Shown here: in pieces, positions 19,967-29,265 of the stretch
How positions within the stretch are numbered: position 1 is the stretch's first letter
How the letters are laid out: each line of letters starts with the position of its first letter
Assembly (NCBI GenBank): GCA_964549615.1
Contig: CAZJVP010000018.1
Coordinates: 13,802 to 77,801 of the forward strand
Length of the DNA stretch: 64,000 nucleotides
Direction of reading: 5' to 3'
DNA from: an uncultured Thermococci archaeon
Lineage (GTDB): Archaea > CAYQAE01 > CAYVLA01
Translations under genes and position numbers: made by a program
The notes under the pieces: model-generated
What the model saw: only the letters and a program-made list of their open reading frames with translations
Told to the model about the DNA's origin: nothing
Database searches by the model: none

Positions 19967-20863
19967 CTATGGATAGCGAACGTCGACCGTCAGCCCATCC
20001 CGCCCAATGATCGTCCTGGGGAAGTCGACTTCCTTGGCTATGGTCTCCTCGTCATATCTAGGTGAAAAATGGGTCAACAGGAGTCTCTTGGCTCCCGCCT
20101 TTCTCGCAAGCTGGCATGAAAGCTTGACAGTGGAGTGCCCGGTCTCCACGGCGCGGTCGGCGAGGTCATCGCAGAAGGTTGCCTCGCATATCAGAAGATC
20201 GGCGCCCCTGGACAGTCGGATTGCCAACTCCGTCGGGAGGACGTCTCCAAGGTAGACGATCTTCCGACCCTGCCGCGGCGGCCCAACCACCTCGCTAGGG
20301 CTGATTGTCCTGCCCCTCCAATGAATGGCCTTCCCCATCTGCAGATCCTTGTAAAGCCTGCCTTGGGGTATGCCGAGGGCTCGCGCCTTCTCCAAGTAGA
20401 ACCTCCCCGGCCTTTGGTCCTCCTGAAGGAGGTAGCCCAGCGTCGGCACGAGGTGTTCGACCGCCCCACAATAGACAGCATAGCCGTCGAATCTCACAAT
20501 GGCTCCAGATTCAAGCTCATGTCCCACGATCCTGAAACTAGATTGGAAATTGCCAATGGAGTTCAAGAGATGCGAAATCTTCTCCATTCCCGGGGGGCCG
20601 TAGATGTCAAGGGGATGGTCTCTTCCGAAGAAGGACATGCTTTGAACCAATCCGAACAGCCCAAGATAGTGATCTCCGTGGAAGTGCGTCACAAATATCT
20701 TGGAAACCCTCATGAAGCTGAGGCCAAACCTTATCATCTGTCGCTGGGTGCCTTCCCCGCAGTCGAAGAGTATTATTTCCCTCTGCCTTCGGACCGCCAC
20801 AGCTGGCAAGCCGCGCTCCGGCGTCGGAACGCCGCAGGAAGTCCCCAGCAATGTTACCTTCAT
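19967..20863 (-). CDS. rnz: Ribonuclease Z
   Basis: LGTS.GVPT, FDCGEGTQRQ, THFHGDH, exosite arm, CEATF, GHST, HFSPRY. Confidence 0.95.
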   Translation of the reverse strand: MKVTLLGTSCGVPTPERGLPAVAVRRQREIILFDCGEGTQRQMIRFGLSFMRVSKIFVTHFHGDHYLGLFGLVQSMSFFGRDHPLDIYGPPGMEKISHLLNSIGNFQSSFRIVGHELESGAIVRFDGYAVYCGAVEHLVPTLGYLLQEDQRPGRFYLEKARALGIPQGRLYKDLQMGKAIHWRGRTISPSEVVGPPRQGRKIVYLGDVLPTELAIRLSRGADLLICEATFCDDLADRAVETGHSTVKLSCQLARKAGAKRLLLTHFSPRYDEETIAKEVDFPRTIIGRDGLTVDVRYP

Positions 20864-20956
20864 GTTGGAGACGGGGTTCCGAGGTCGCCCTGATTAGTGT
20901 TCCGTTATGTTTCGCATTCGAGAGGAGCTCGGATGTGGGTCAGACAGGACAGGATC

Positions 20957-23689
20957 CTAATCCAGTACCAAGGTTGCCTTGACTAGGGAGGGGTCCACGC
21001 TCTGGATGGTGAATTCCATCTTGCGACAGATGTGTATCATCCTTTCGTTCTCTGCACTTATCAAGCCCCAGATGGAGGCCAGCTTCTTGTCTTCGGCGAT
21101 TCCGATCATCTTATCCACTAGCTTGGTCCCCAAGCCCAGTCCCTGCCAAGGATCTCCGACGAGCACGGAAATTTCAGCCGACTTTCCGTCGGGCCCCACG
21201 AGCAGCCTCGCCATGCCGATGATCTTCCTCTTGCCCTTTTCGACCAACTCTGCAACGATGGCCATCTCACGGCGATAGTCTATGTTCGTGAGGCGAACCA
21301 GATCCTCATGCTCTATTTGTTTTAAGGCTCCGAAGAACCCGAACCTGATCGACTGGGGTGACAATGCCTTGAGCAGCTTCCACAGCAGGGGCTCGTCCTC
21401 GGGCCTGACAGGTCGAAGGGTCACGGGCCGCCCGTCTCTGAGCGCCCATTGCTCAATGTATTTTCCGGGGTACGGTTGGATGACCAGATGGGAGCGTGGC
21501 TCAACCCCCGAGATTGCGAGATCCTTGTCAATAACGATCCTTGCGTCTAGGGCGATGAATTCCCGGCCGACGACGGCCAACGGGTTGATATCGACCTCGC
21601 GGATCTCAGGAAAGTCGATGATCATCTGCGAGAAGCGGACTAGATACTCCTCAAGATAGTCCAGCTTGACGGGGGGTTTGCTCCGGTAGCCTTGAAGCAG
21701 CGAGTAGACCTTCGTCTGTTCCATCAGCCTCCTAGCTAGAACGCGGTTCAGCGGAGGCAAGCCCACGGCTATGTCTCGATAGATCTGCACGCCCGTTCCC
21801 CCTTGGCCGAACATTATCGCAGGGCCAAACGTCGGGTCCGTTTTGCACCCAAGAATAAGCTCATAATCCACGCCCGTCACCATCTTCTGGACGGTGACCC
21901 CAAACAACCGGGCGGAAGGATCGTGCTTCTTGGCATTGGCCATAATCTCGTCGAACGCGTTTCTGACCTCCGCGCACGAATTCAGCCCCAGCACAACGCC
22001 GCCACAGTCGCTCTTGTAGGTGATGTCGGGGGAGTAGATCTTCAGAACCACGGGGAATCCTATGCTTGACGCCACGTTCATGGCGGCGCTCGCGCTCTCA
22101 GCGACGCGCGTCTCAACAACCGGAATGCCGTAGGTCTGCAGGAACTTCTTGGACTCCTCCTCCGTGAGTATGTGTCGTCCGCTGCGGGCGACCCTAACCA
22201 CCATAGCCTTGAGATGGTTCCTTGGAGGGATCGCTTCAACCGGCAACTCCTCGGGGGTCTGGTATAGCTGCTCCAAGTTCCTGGAGTATTGGTACATGTA
22301 CATGTAGGACTTCACGGCCCTCTCCGGGGACGAGTAGGCTGGTATGCGTTTCTCTCGGAGGAGCTCAAGTCCCGCCTCGACCTTCCTTTTTCCGAGAAAA
22401 GATGCAAGAATCGGTTTCCTGCCTGTTCTCGGTAGCTCTGTAATCGCCCTTGCAACGTCATCGGAGGATGCCGCCCCTTGCGGCGTGTATATCACCAGAA
22501 TTCCGTCGACGTTCTTGTCTCCGATACAAGCCACAATCGCGTTGCGGTATCGTTGGCCGTCCGCATCCCCTCCGATGTCGACGGGATTTTTCTTGCTAGC
22601 ATGGGAGGGCAGCACCCTTGATAGAGTCCCCACAGTCTCTCTTGAGAGCTGTGGTAGTTCCCCGCCTCTTTCAAGCAACACGTCGGCGGCCATGATGCCA
22701 GGGCCGCCGGCGTTCGTTATTATCGCGAGCCTAGAGCCTCTTGGAGGTCTCTGCGTCGCCAAGATCTCCGAGACGTTGAAGAGATCCTCTATCTCATCTA
22801 CCCTTGTGATGCCAACCCTCTGGAAGGCCGCGTCAAAGACCTTGTTCTCATCGGTCAAAGACCCCGTGTGCGATACAGCGGTATGAGATGCTGCGGCCTC
22901 TGCGCTCTGAGCGAACTTGCCCGACTTGATTGCCACGATGGGCTTGGTCCTTGAAAAGGCCCTTGAGGCGCTGAGGAAGTTTGGCGCGTCCGTGACCGAT
23001 TCTATGTACATGAGGATGCTTCGGGTCTCGGGGTCCTGCCCGAAGAAATCGATCAGATCCCCGAAGTTGATGTCGGCCATGTTCCCCAACGATACGAAGC
23101 TGCTGAATCCAACATTCGTATCCATGGACCAGTCCAGAATTGCCGAACCCAAGGCACCGCTTTGCGAGATCAATGCGATGTTCCCCATTCTAGGCATCTG
23201 GTCCGCGAAACTTGCGTTCAACCCTATCGAGGGGACGATCAGGCCGAGGCAGTTTGGGCCGAGAATCCTCATGCCATACCTGCGTCCCGCGTCGATGACC
23301 TGGTTCTCCAACGCCGCGCCCGAGGGACCAACTTCCCTGAAGCCTGCCGACACTATGATGATCGCAGGAATCCCAGCCTCCCCACAATCCTCCACGATCG
23401 CTGGAACCGTCGGAGCAGGGGTGGCGATGACCGCCAGGTCGACGGGACTTGCAAGCTCTTTGACGGTGGCGTGGCAACTGATTCCCAAGACAACGCTTCG
23501 ATTTGGGTTAATCGGGTGCACCTCGCCACGATATCCCTTGATCAGGTTCTCCATTATCGTGCGTCCGACGGAGCCGCTTTCTTCGCTGGCCCCGACGACT
23601 GCGATGGTATCCGGCCTAAACATTTTCTGGAGGTTCTCCACTCCCATGGGGGTGATCTCCAGCCCCGCGCTCATGGGCTTTCTGCCCAT
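20957..23689 (-). CDS. Acetate-CoA ligase (ADP-forming)-like alpha+beta domains fused to a C-terminal GNAT (Pat/Pka-type architecture)
   Basis: AVVGAS, LGPNCLG, SQSGALG, SHTGSL, TNAGGPG, NPVD, ATP-grasp KSDCGGV/DINPL; GNAT motif VGDPWQGLGLG. Confidence 0.92.
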   Translation of the reverse strand: MGRKPMSAGLEITPMGVENLQKMFRPDTIAVVGASEESGSVGRTIMENLIKGYRGEVHPINPNRSVVLGISCHATVKELASPVDLAVIATPAPTVPAIVEDCGEAGIPAIIIVSAGFREVGPSGAALENQVIDAGRRYGMRILGPNCLGLIVPSIGLNASFADQMPRMGNIALISQSGALGSAILDWSMDTNVGFSSFVSLGNMADINFGDLIDFFGQDPETRSILMYIESVTDAPNFLSASRAFSRTKPIVAIKSGKFAQSAEAAASHTAVSHTGSLTDENKVFDAAFQRVGITRVDEIEDLFNVSEILATQRPPRGSRLAIITNAGGPGIMAADVLLERGGELPQLSRETVGTLSRVLPSHASKKNPVDIGGDADGQRYRNAIVACIGDKNVDGILVIYTPQGAASSDDVARAITELPRTGRKPILASFLGKRKVEAGLELLREKRIPAYSSPERAVKSYMYMYQYSRNLEQLYQTPEELPVEAIPPRNHLKAMVVRVARSGRHILTEEESKKFLQTYGIPVVETRVAESASAAMNVASSIGFPVVLKIYSPDITYKSDCGGVVLGLNSCAEVRNAFDEIMANAKKHDPSARLFGVTVQKMVTGVDYELILGCKTDPTFGPAIMFGQGGTGVQIYRDIAVGLPPLNRVLARRLMEQTKVYSLLQGYRSKPPVKLDYLEEYLVRFSQMIIDFPEIREVDINPLAVVGREFIALDARIVIDKDLAISGVEPRSHLVIQPYPGKYIEQWALRDGRPVTLRPVRPEDEPLLWKLLKALSPQSIRFGFFGALKQIEHEDLVRLTNIDYRREMAIVAELVEKGKRKIIGMARLLVGPDGKSAEISVLVGDPWQGLGLGTKLVDKMIGIAEDKKLASIWGLISAENERMIHICRKMEFTIQSVDPSLVKATLVLD

Positions 23690-23739
23690 ATTAATCTATC
23701 ACGAGGCCGACGTGATGCCATGAAAGGGAAAGTGCGTTG

Positions 23740-23865
23740 GTCCTTGCACCTGGACCAATCCATCGGACAGCTGACAAGCCGGGGCCCTATCCCGGGTCTT
23801 CGCTGGGCTTCCTTCACGAACAAGCCATCGATGTTGCCATGTCTCCTGTCTGCAACATTCTTTAG
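23740..23865 (-). pseudogene. Remnant of a GNAT-family acetyltransferase
   Basis: Manual translation HGNIDGLFVKEAQRRPGIGPRLVSCPMDWSRCKD fits GNAT motif A (V-x4-R-x-x-G-x-G); in-frame TGA at 23868-23866. Confidence 0.55.
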
Positions 23866-24064
23866 TCAAAACCGCCGAAAACCCGGCAGGAGATCGTTCC
23901 ACCATCCTACGGCATCCTTCAGCTAGGATTCTCTCGGGTGCCTGACAATACTGGGGGGTGCTCCCGGACCGGCCGGCGTCGAACTACGCTTTTTGCCGAT
24001 GATGAGTTGGCCTTTTGCCGATCAATTTAAAAGGATCGGGCGCGAAGACCTGAAAGGTCGGGCC

Positions 24065-24286
24065 GTGACGAGGGTCAAGCTGTGTCTTGATGCGGGTTGT
24101 TCAAGGCAGATCCTCTTGGAGGACGGTCGCTGCATAGTCGAGATCAAGGACAAATGCACGGCCGTCCGCGTCCCCCGGGACTTCAAACTGAAATCTGAGC
24201 AGATAGCCCGTGAAACCAAGAGGCAGATTATCCTCTCGGGTGAGCTGTTCAAGGGCGTCAGGGAAGGCTGCGATCTCGAGATCTGA
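24065..24286 (+). CDS. Small hypothetical protein (73 aa, 5 Cys)
   Basis: GTG start 33 nt after TTTAAAA (24026-24032); reads MTRVKLCLDAGCSRQILLEDGRCIVEIKDKC... Confidence 0.6.
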   Translation: MTRVKLCLDAGCSRQILLEDGRCIVEIKDKCTAVRVPRDFKLKSEQIARETKRQIILSGELFKGVREGCDLEI

Positions 24287-24309
24287 CGAGGCCAACTGGC
24301 AATGGCCGG

Positions 24310-25027
24310 ATCGAGCCATCTCCCTGATCGCACCCAAAACGCTGCGCATCGAATCCTCCACGCGTATCACGAACACGCAGCGAAGAGCCCAAGCCTAGTT
24401 CCTGCATTCATGAGGGCTGGCAAGTTCGGAAGGTGATGCAACCGCTCACTGCGTTGCGGAATTGCTTCCCAACCTTGGCCAATCTGGAGCCCGGATCATG
24501 CCCGCGATCGGCCTAGGGGACCTCATCTGCGTGGGTCTCTCGATGACCCCCCCGCCGTCATCCCTTCACGGGTATCTCCTCTCGAGAACGTGCATCGCGT
24601 TGACAGACAGCTTGAGCCCCTGTGTCACCTCAATGGGGGCATTTGACCGCGGAGGCGCGCACCCTTCCCAGGAAAGCGAGCGCCAAGCACACCGCGATCA
24701 GGGCCACGGGCATCTGCCTGCCCTATGTCCGTCCTTCGCTGTCCGCTGCGAATAGATTGGGTAGGCCTTGCAACATCGGCAAGGTTGGTCCTCGATCAGG
24801 ACTCTATGGCACACCGTCATGAACACCCTCAACGTCCGATATGCACCCAGGGAACCGCTGGCGAATCCTTGCAACAACCTCGGCTGCCACTCTCTGCGCC
24901 AACTATGCGTCCTTCCTCCCGGCGGGGACCATTGGCTTGTCGCTGGCGCCGATGATCCTTGCCTCGTCGAAGCGACCAATTGCCGTTCTGTTCTCGGATC
25001 AGGGCTCCCGTTTTTTTCCCGGGTCAC
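24310..25027 (-). pseudogene. nrdJ: Decayed N-terminal fragment of a class II (B12-dependent) ribonucleotide reductase with ATP-cone
   Basis: Ordered fragments across frames: RFDEARII...LAQRVAAEVVARIRQRFPG..DVE.VHD / VLIED.NLADVA.KAY.IY (ATP cone), LKLSVNAMHVLERRY*RDDGGGVIERPTQM, PNLPALMNAGTRLG..AAC / FVIRVEDSMRSV..AIREMA. Stops at 24905-24903 and 24568-24566, plus frameshifts. Confidence 0.85.
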
Positions 25028-25089
25028 CTCAGATCGAGTCTACTAAGATATAAAGCCCAAAGGTGTTTAGGGATGCAGCCGGCGTCTGG

Positions 25090-25920
25090 ATGGATCTGCT
25101 CTTCGTCTACTCAGGAAACTACGGCGAGAGGGTCATCGGGAACCTCATGAACTATCACAGGTTCTGCACCGTCTGCGATCCCGCTTGCAGCAGCTGCAGG
25201 TTTGGCCAGTTCAACTGGTCCTCCGAGATAAGACAGGCCCTTATCGTGCCTGGGCCCAGTGATGCCCTGCCGCCGCAGGAAGGGTCCTCCCTGGCAATCA
25301 ATGCGCCAGAGGCCGAGGTGGCATTTCTAATCGACGTGCATCCAGAGGTCATGTTGGATTTTGTTGAATCCCTTCGGGGCACCCGGGTAAGGGCGGTCAT
25401 CGTGCCGATTGAAAGACCCGGGATCGGGGCCGGGCTCCTGAGGCAGGTCCGTTCCATCCTTGACGAGCTCAAGGTGGAGCTGGCCTGTCCAAAACCCTTC
25501 TGTTCCCTCACTCCGCACGATTCCTCGCCAACGATCAACGCCTTCATCGAGAAGTTCAGAATCGGAAGGCCGCTCATTGAAGTCGAGACTGAAACCGCAG
25601 CATCCGGCGAGCATACAATCTCCAAGGCACGTGTCCTAAGGAGTTCACCTTGTGGTGCGACCTGGTACATCTGCCGTAAGCTTGTGGGAACCCGGGTTGA
25701 GGCAGAGGCAGTTGCGGAGGTGGTTGCGCGCGCTCACCACACCTACCCCTGCACAGCCTCCATGGTCATGGACCGGGAGACCGGAGACACATTCCTTCAC
25801 GCGGGCGGGCGCATCGCCCGGGAGAGCGTGTTTGAGGCGCTGCGCCGTAACCTCGCGCAGAGGGGCAGGTATGCGGAGGCACAGCGCATGGCGGACTCGG
25901 CCTTGAAGAAGACGCCCTAA
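25090..25920 (+). CDS. DUF166-family protein with an extra CxxCxxxCxxC insertion
   Basis: GNYGERVIGNL, CPKPFCSL, RSSPCGATWY, HHTYPCTASM. TATA-like GATATAAAG at 25047-25055 supports ATG 25090. Confidence 0.75.
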   Translation: MDLLFVYSGNYGERVIGNLMNYHRFCTVCDPACSSCRFGQFNWSSEIRQALIVPGPSDALPPQEGSSLAINAPEAEVAFLIDVHPEVMLDFVESLRGTRVRAVIVPIERPGIGAGLLRQVRSILDELKVELACPKPFCSLTPHDSSPTINAFIEKFRIGRPLIEVETETAASGEHTISKARVLRSSPCGATWYICRKLVGTRVEAEAVAEVVARAHHTYPCTASMVMDRETGDTFLHAGGRIARESVFEALRRNLAQRGRYAEAQRMADSALKKTP

Positions 25921-25930
25921 CGCAGCCGGA

Positions 25931-26623
25931 TCAGCCGCCTTCGGCCTTCTCCGCGACGGCTCTGGCCACCTCCTCGCACAAGCACTCGGCCGCGACCTGC
26001 ATTATCTCCTTCTTAAGCTCTGGATCGGTGTCCATCCCCGCGAGGCAAGGGTAATCGTGATGGGCGCGGATCGCCTTGTCTCTTGACTCGGACACATCGA
26101 CCCCAACGAGCCTCCCGGCCACGAATCGCGCCGATCCACATGGAGTATCCCTCTTCACCCTGGCCGAAACGATCACTCCCTGTTTCTGCTCGATCTCCAA
26201 GCGCGGCTTTCCCAGTATGGTGGAGAAAGCTCGAATCAGAGGATGCGCGCTCCCGTCGAGTTGACAGAAAGGTTTGGGAAACTCATGCTTTATTCCGAGT
26301 TCGTCCAATTCCTTGGCCAGCTGCCTTTTCAACCCCTCGGGCAGCAGGTGCCAGTCCTCTATCGGCACCAGAACCTCCTTTGCCCCCGTGCGTTTCGCGA
26401 CCTCGGGTATCACTGGAGCGACATCAGGGTTCAGAAACAGTGCCAGCAGAAGATCACACTCAGGCGGGTCCTTTGGAATGACCGTCTCAAGGTCATCGAT
26501 CAACCCATGCACCGCCTCGGGGTACTCGTGTATCCCGACTATCATATTCGCGAGCCCGTGCTCAACAAGGTTGTTCACGACCTTCTCGCCAAGAGGTCCT
26601 CTGGAGAGGATGTATATTCTCAA
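25931..26623 (-). CDS. DUF166-family protein, last gene of the cdh operon
   Basis: GPLGEKVVNNL, FPKPFCQL, RDTPCGSA, HHDYPCLAGM. Start at TTG 26623 or ATG 26671. Confidence 0.75.
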   Translation of the reverse strand: MRIYILSRGPLGEKVVNNLVEHGLANMIVGIHEYPEAVHGLIDDLETVIPKDPPECDLLLALFLNPDVAPVIPEVAKRTGAKEVLVPIEDWHLLPEGLKRQLAKELDELGIKHEFPKPFCQLDGSAHPLIRAFSTILGKPRLEIEQKQGVIVSARVKRDTPCGSARFVAGRLVGVDVSESRDKAIRAHHDYPCLAGMDTDPELKKEIMQVAAECLCEEVARAVAEKAEGG

Positions 26624-26655
26624 TGGATCTCGTCCAGATGATGGCGCTAAGCAGT

Positions 26656-28053
26656 CTACTGTTTCTTCCATTTCTTTTCAAGGAAGGACGGGATGGATGA
26701 GGAATCCAGCGGACCCACGAGAACATCAAAGCCTGTCGCATCCTCTATGTCTCCCCTGAGCCTTGCCGCCATGCCTGGGATGATCAGGGTCTTGTGATCG
26801 ATCTTGCTCTTGACATCGTATTTCTGGATCGCGTCGGCCACCTTCTTGGCGTCCAGCTGGCCACCCGCCACCGAGGACTGTACGCCAATGCCCTCCGTGT
26901 CCACGACCAGGAGGCGGCAGGACAAATTGGCGGCCTGGATGTCGGATTCCACGGTGTAGAAGGTCAAGGCAAAGTTCGTCGTCAGCAACAACGGCGCACT
27001 ACGGTCGGGCGCTCCGTACTCCTTCAGGCCGGGCTCCACGGCCACCGGCCTCCGGGGATCCGTGTAGATGTTTTGGCGGAGGGTGAGGACCGCAAGATGG
27101 GCCCACGGTTCCATCGTCTTCAGCACCAGAAGGTCGGCGTACCTTCCGATGAGCGCGGAGGCCAGCATGGCCTCCCTAAGCGATTTCTCAGCCTCGTCGC
27201 CCTCATCCATCCACACGCTTGCGGGAACGCCCATCAAGGGGTACCCAACGATCTCCTGCTCGCCTTCAATGGCCGCGATCCTGAGCTTGGCGAAGTCTTG
27301 GATGGTGGAACCAAGTCCCGCCGAATACGGGTATGTCCCAGGGTCAAGGACGATGTCAGTAACACCGGCGGATCTCACCTTCGAGATGATCCTCACCAAC
27401 CCGTCCAGGGAGCCGGACGAAACCGCAAGCGGGCAGCGGTGCTTGGTTGCCAGGCTCGCCATCTGCTCCCAGTTCTCCTCGGCAGCCGCATAGAGGAGGG
27501 GACGGTTCGGCCCCACTTCCTCCAAGGCCGCCTCCAATTCCTTGGGATTCAGACTGCACAGGATGAGAGGCTTGCCCGAGGCAGCGCAGAGCTTGGCCGA
27601 CTTCGCGAAGCGCTCCGGATCTCCGCTTGCGCACCTTACGGCGATCAAGTCCAAGGTGAGCACCTCCCCAACCCTCTCAAACCTGACGCTTGCGATCGCC
27701 CTTGCACGTTCGGAGATCTGCTCCGGGGTCAACTCATCAGCCACCTCCACCGCTAGCGCAGTCCTGTTGTAGTACGTGAGCTCGTGACGCCGGACCACCT
27801 CCTGGCCTCCAACCAACACGCCCTTGTCCTCCGTGCCGATCAGCACCTGGCGAACCGGCGGTCTCAGGAGGTCCTCAAGCTCCCGCCTTAGCCCGTCATA
27901 TTTGGCCTCCAGCAGAGGCGGACAGTCCGCCACCTTCACCTTCCTGTCGATTAGGCTTGACGCGAAGGCCATGCAAGTCTTCTGGGCACACAAGGCACAG
28001 TTGGTCTTCGGAAGATATCTGTAGATCGTAAGCGGAGTCGTGTTCTTTTTCAT
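26656..28053 (-). CDS. cdhE: CODH/ACS complex gamma subunit (corrinoid Fe-S protein, large)
   Basis: IYRYLPKTNCALC...TCMAFA, RQNIYTDPRRP, TTNFALTFYTVESD, LIIPGMAARL. Confidence 0.96.
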   Translation of the reverse strand: MKKNTTPLTIYRYLPKTNCALCAQKTCMAFASSLIDRKVKVADCPPLLEAKYDGLRRELEDLLRPPVRQVLIGTEDKGVLVGGQEVVRRHELTYYNRTALAVEVADELTPEQISERARAIASVRFERVGEVLTLDLIAVRCASGDPERFAKSAKLCAASGKPLILCSLNPKELEAALEEVGPNRPLLYAAAEENWEQMASLATKHRCPLAVSSGSLDGLVRIISKVRSAGVTDIVLDPGTYPYSAGLGSTIQDFAKLRIAAIEGEQEIVGYPLMGVPASVWMDEGDEAEKSLREAMLASALIGRYADLLVLKTMEPWAHLAVLTLRQNIYTDPRRPVAVEPGLKEYGAPDRSAPLLLTTNFALTFYTVESDIQAANLSCRLLVVDTEGIGVQSSVAGGQLDAKKVADAIQKYDVKSKIDHKTLIIPGMAARLRGDIEDATGFDVLVGPLDSSSIPSFLEKKWKKQ

Positions 28054-28071
28054 CTTGCACCCTCACCTTCT

Positions 28072-29265
28072 CTATATCCCCACGACCCATGACCGTGGAT
28101 CCATCTTCCTACTGGGGTTGCCAGAGAACATCGCGGACAGCACATCCTTGTAAAGCTTGACGGCCAGCGGGTGAAGCATCATGCACAGGTCCGCACCTGC
28201 CAGTGTCAGAGTCAATGCCTGAACGGCTTCCCAGATCGGGCCCCTGTACTTCCTATCCCCCCACTCATCCTTCTTCTTCCAAGACTCCCTTGCTCCCCAC
28301 GCGTTGGTCACGCCCAGGCTAATTGGCATCTGGAGCGAGGCATCCCCTTTCAGGCCTGCAAGTCGGATCCTCTCTGTCACTGAGAAGCTGTAGTCTATCC
28401 CGTATCCAAGGGCGCCTGATGTCGGATCGATGATTATATGGTCCTTGGGCACACCGAAGTCCAGCAGCTTCTGGTTGAGCGATTTCTGCATGTTGACGTC
28501 CAAGTCAGTCCAGGAGAGCACGTTGTGGCCATAGTCGATCGCCGCCTGCGAGACTTTCTTCCAATCCTGGGACAGCGTCGCAGACGCCAACATCACCCTT
28601 TCCCCCGCAGCGGCTTCGGCTGCCTTCTCGAGGACCAGAGGGTCGTTCTCAGGATTCCCGGACCCGCCCACCGCGATCGGGAGATGCGTTGCCTTCAGAA
28701 CATCCCCAACGACCTCGGCAGCCTCCTCAGGGGTCTTGTACAGCTCCTTTCCTCCCTCAACTTTCAGGAGCAGCGGATCCGTGCTGACGAGGTGAAGGGT
28801 GATCATCTCGGCCTTGAGTTCTTCCTCACAGAACCTGGCCCACTTGCAGGGATCGTCCCAGACCGGGGAGTAGACCTTCCTCTGTTCCAAGGCAAACTGC
28901 GGTTGGGGCATGTCGAATACGTCGTAGGTAACGACCGGCCGATTGGGCATCGCCCCCTCCATGGGGTAGAACGGCGGAGCGGTCTCGCCGCCCAGCTCCA
29001 CGACCGATCCCCGGGTCCCTCCGTCGGCCTTGGTAGCCCCGATCGTGACCTCTTCGATCCTCCCTTTGAACTCCTCGGGCTTGAACTCAAACCTTGCCTC
29101 TTCGGCGGCCCTGACTTCTTTGGCCACCTCCGGAACGATTCCCAGCCTGCCCGCTGACGGCAAGAGGTCAAGCTCAAGCCTATCCAGCTCGATCGTCACG
29201 TTCTGAAGCTCGATCTGCTCCAGTTTCTCGAGAGCCCGCAGAAGCTTCTCGATGTCAAGACTCAC
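28072..29265 (-). CDS. cdhD: CODH/ACS complex delta subunit
   Basis: IGATKADGGTRG, DVFDMP, LHLVSTDP, GGSGNPENDP.VLEKAAE, DPTSGALGYG, NAWGARE, MMLHP. Confidence 0.96.
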   Translation of the reverse strand: MSLDIEKLLRALEKLEQIELQNVTIELDRLELDLLPSAGRLGIVPEVAKEVRAAEEARFEFKPEEFKGRIEEVTIGATKADGGTRGSVVELGGETAPPFYPMEGAMPNRPVVTYDVFDMPQPQFALEQRKVYSPVWDDPCKWARFCEEELKAEMITLHLVSTDPLLLKVEGGKELYKTPEEAAEVVGDVLKATHLPIAVGGSGNPENDPLVLEKAAEAAAGERVMLASATLSQDWKKVSQAAIDYGHNVLSWTDLDVNMQKSLNQKLLDFGVPKDHIIIDPTSGALGYGIDYSFSVTERIRLAGLKGDASLQMPISLGVTNAWGARESWKKKDEWGDRKYRGPIWEAVQALTLTLAGADLCMMLHPLAVKLYKDVLSAMFSGNPSRKMDPRSWVVGI

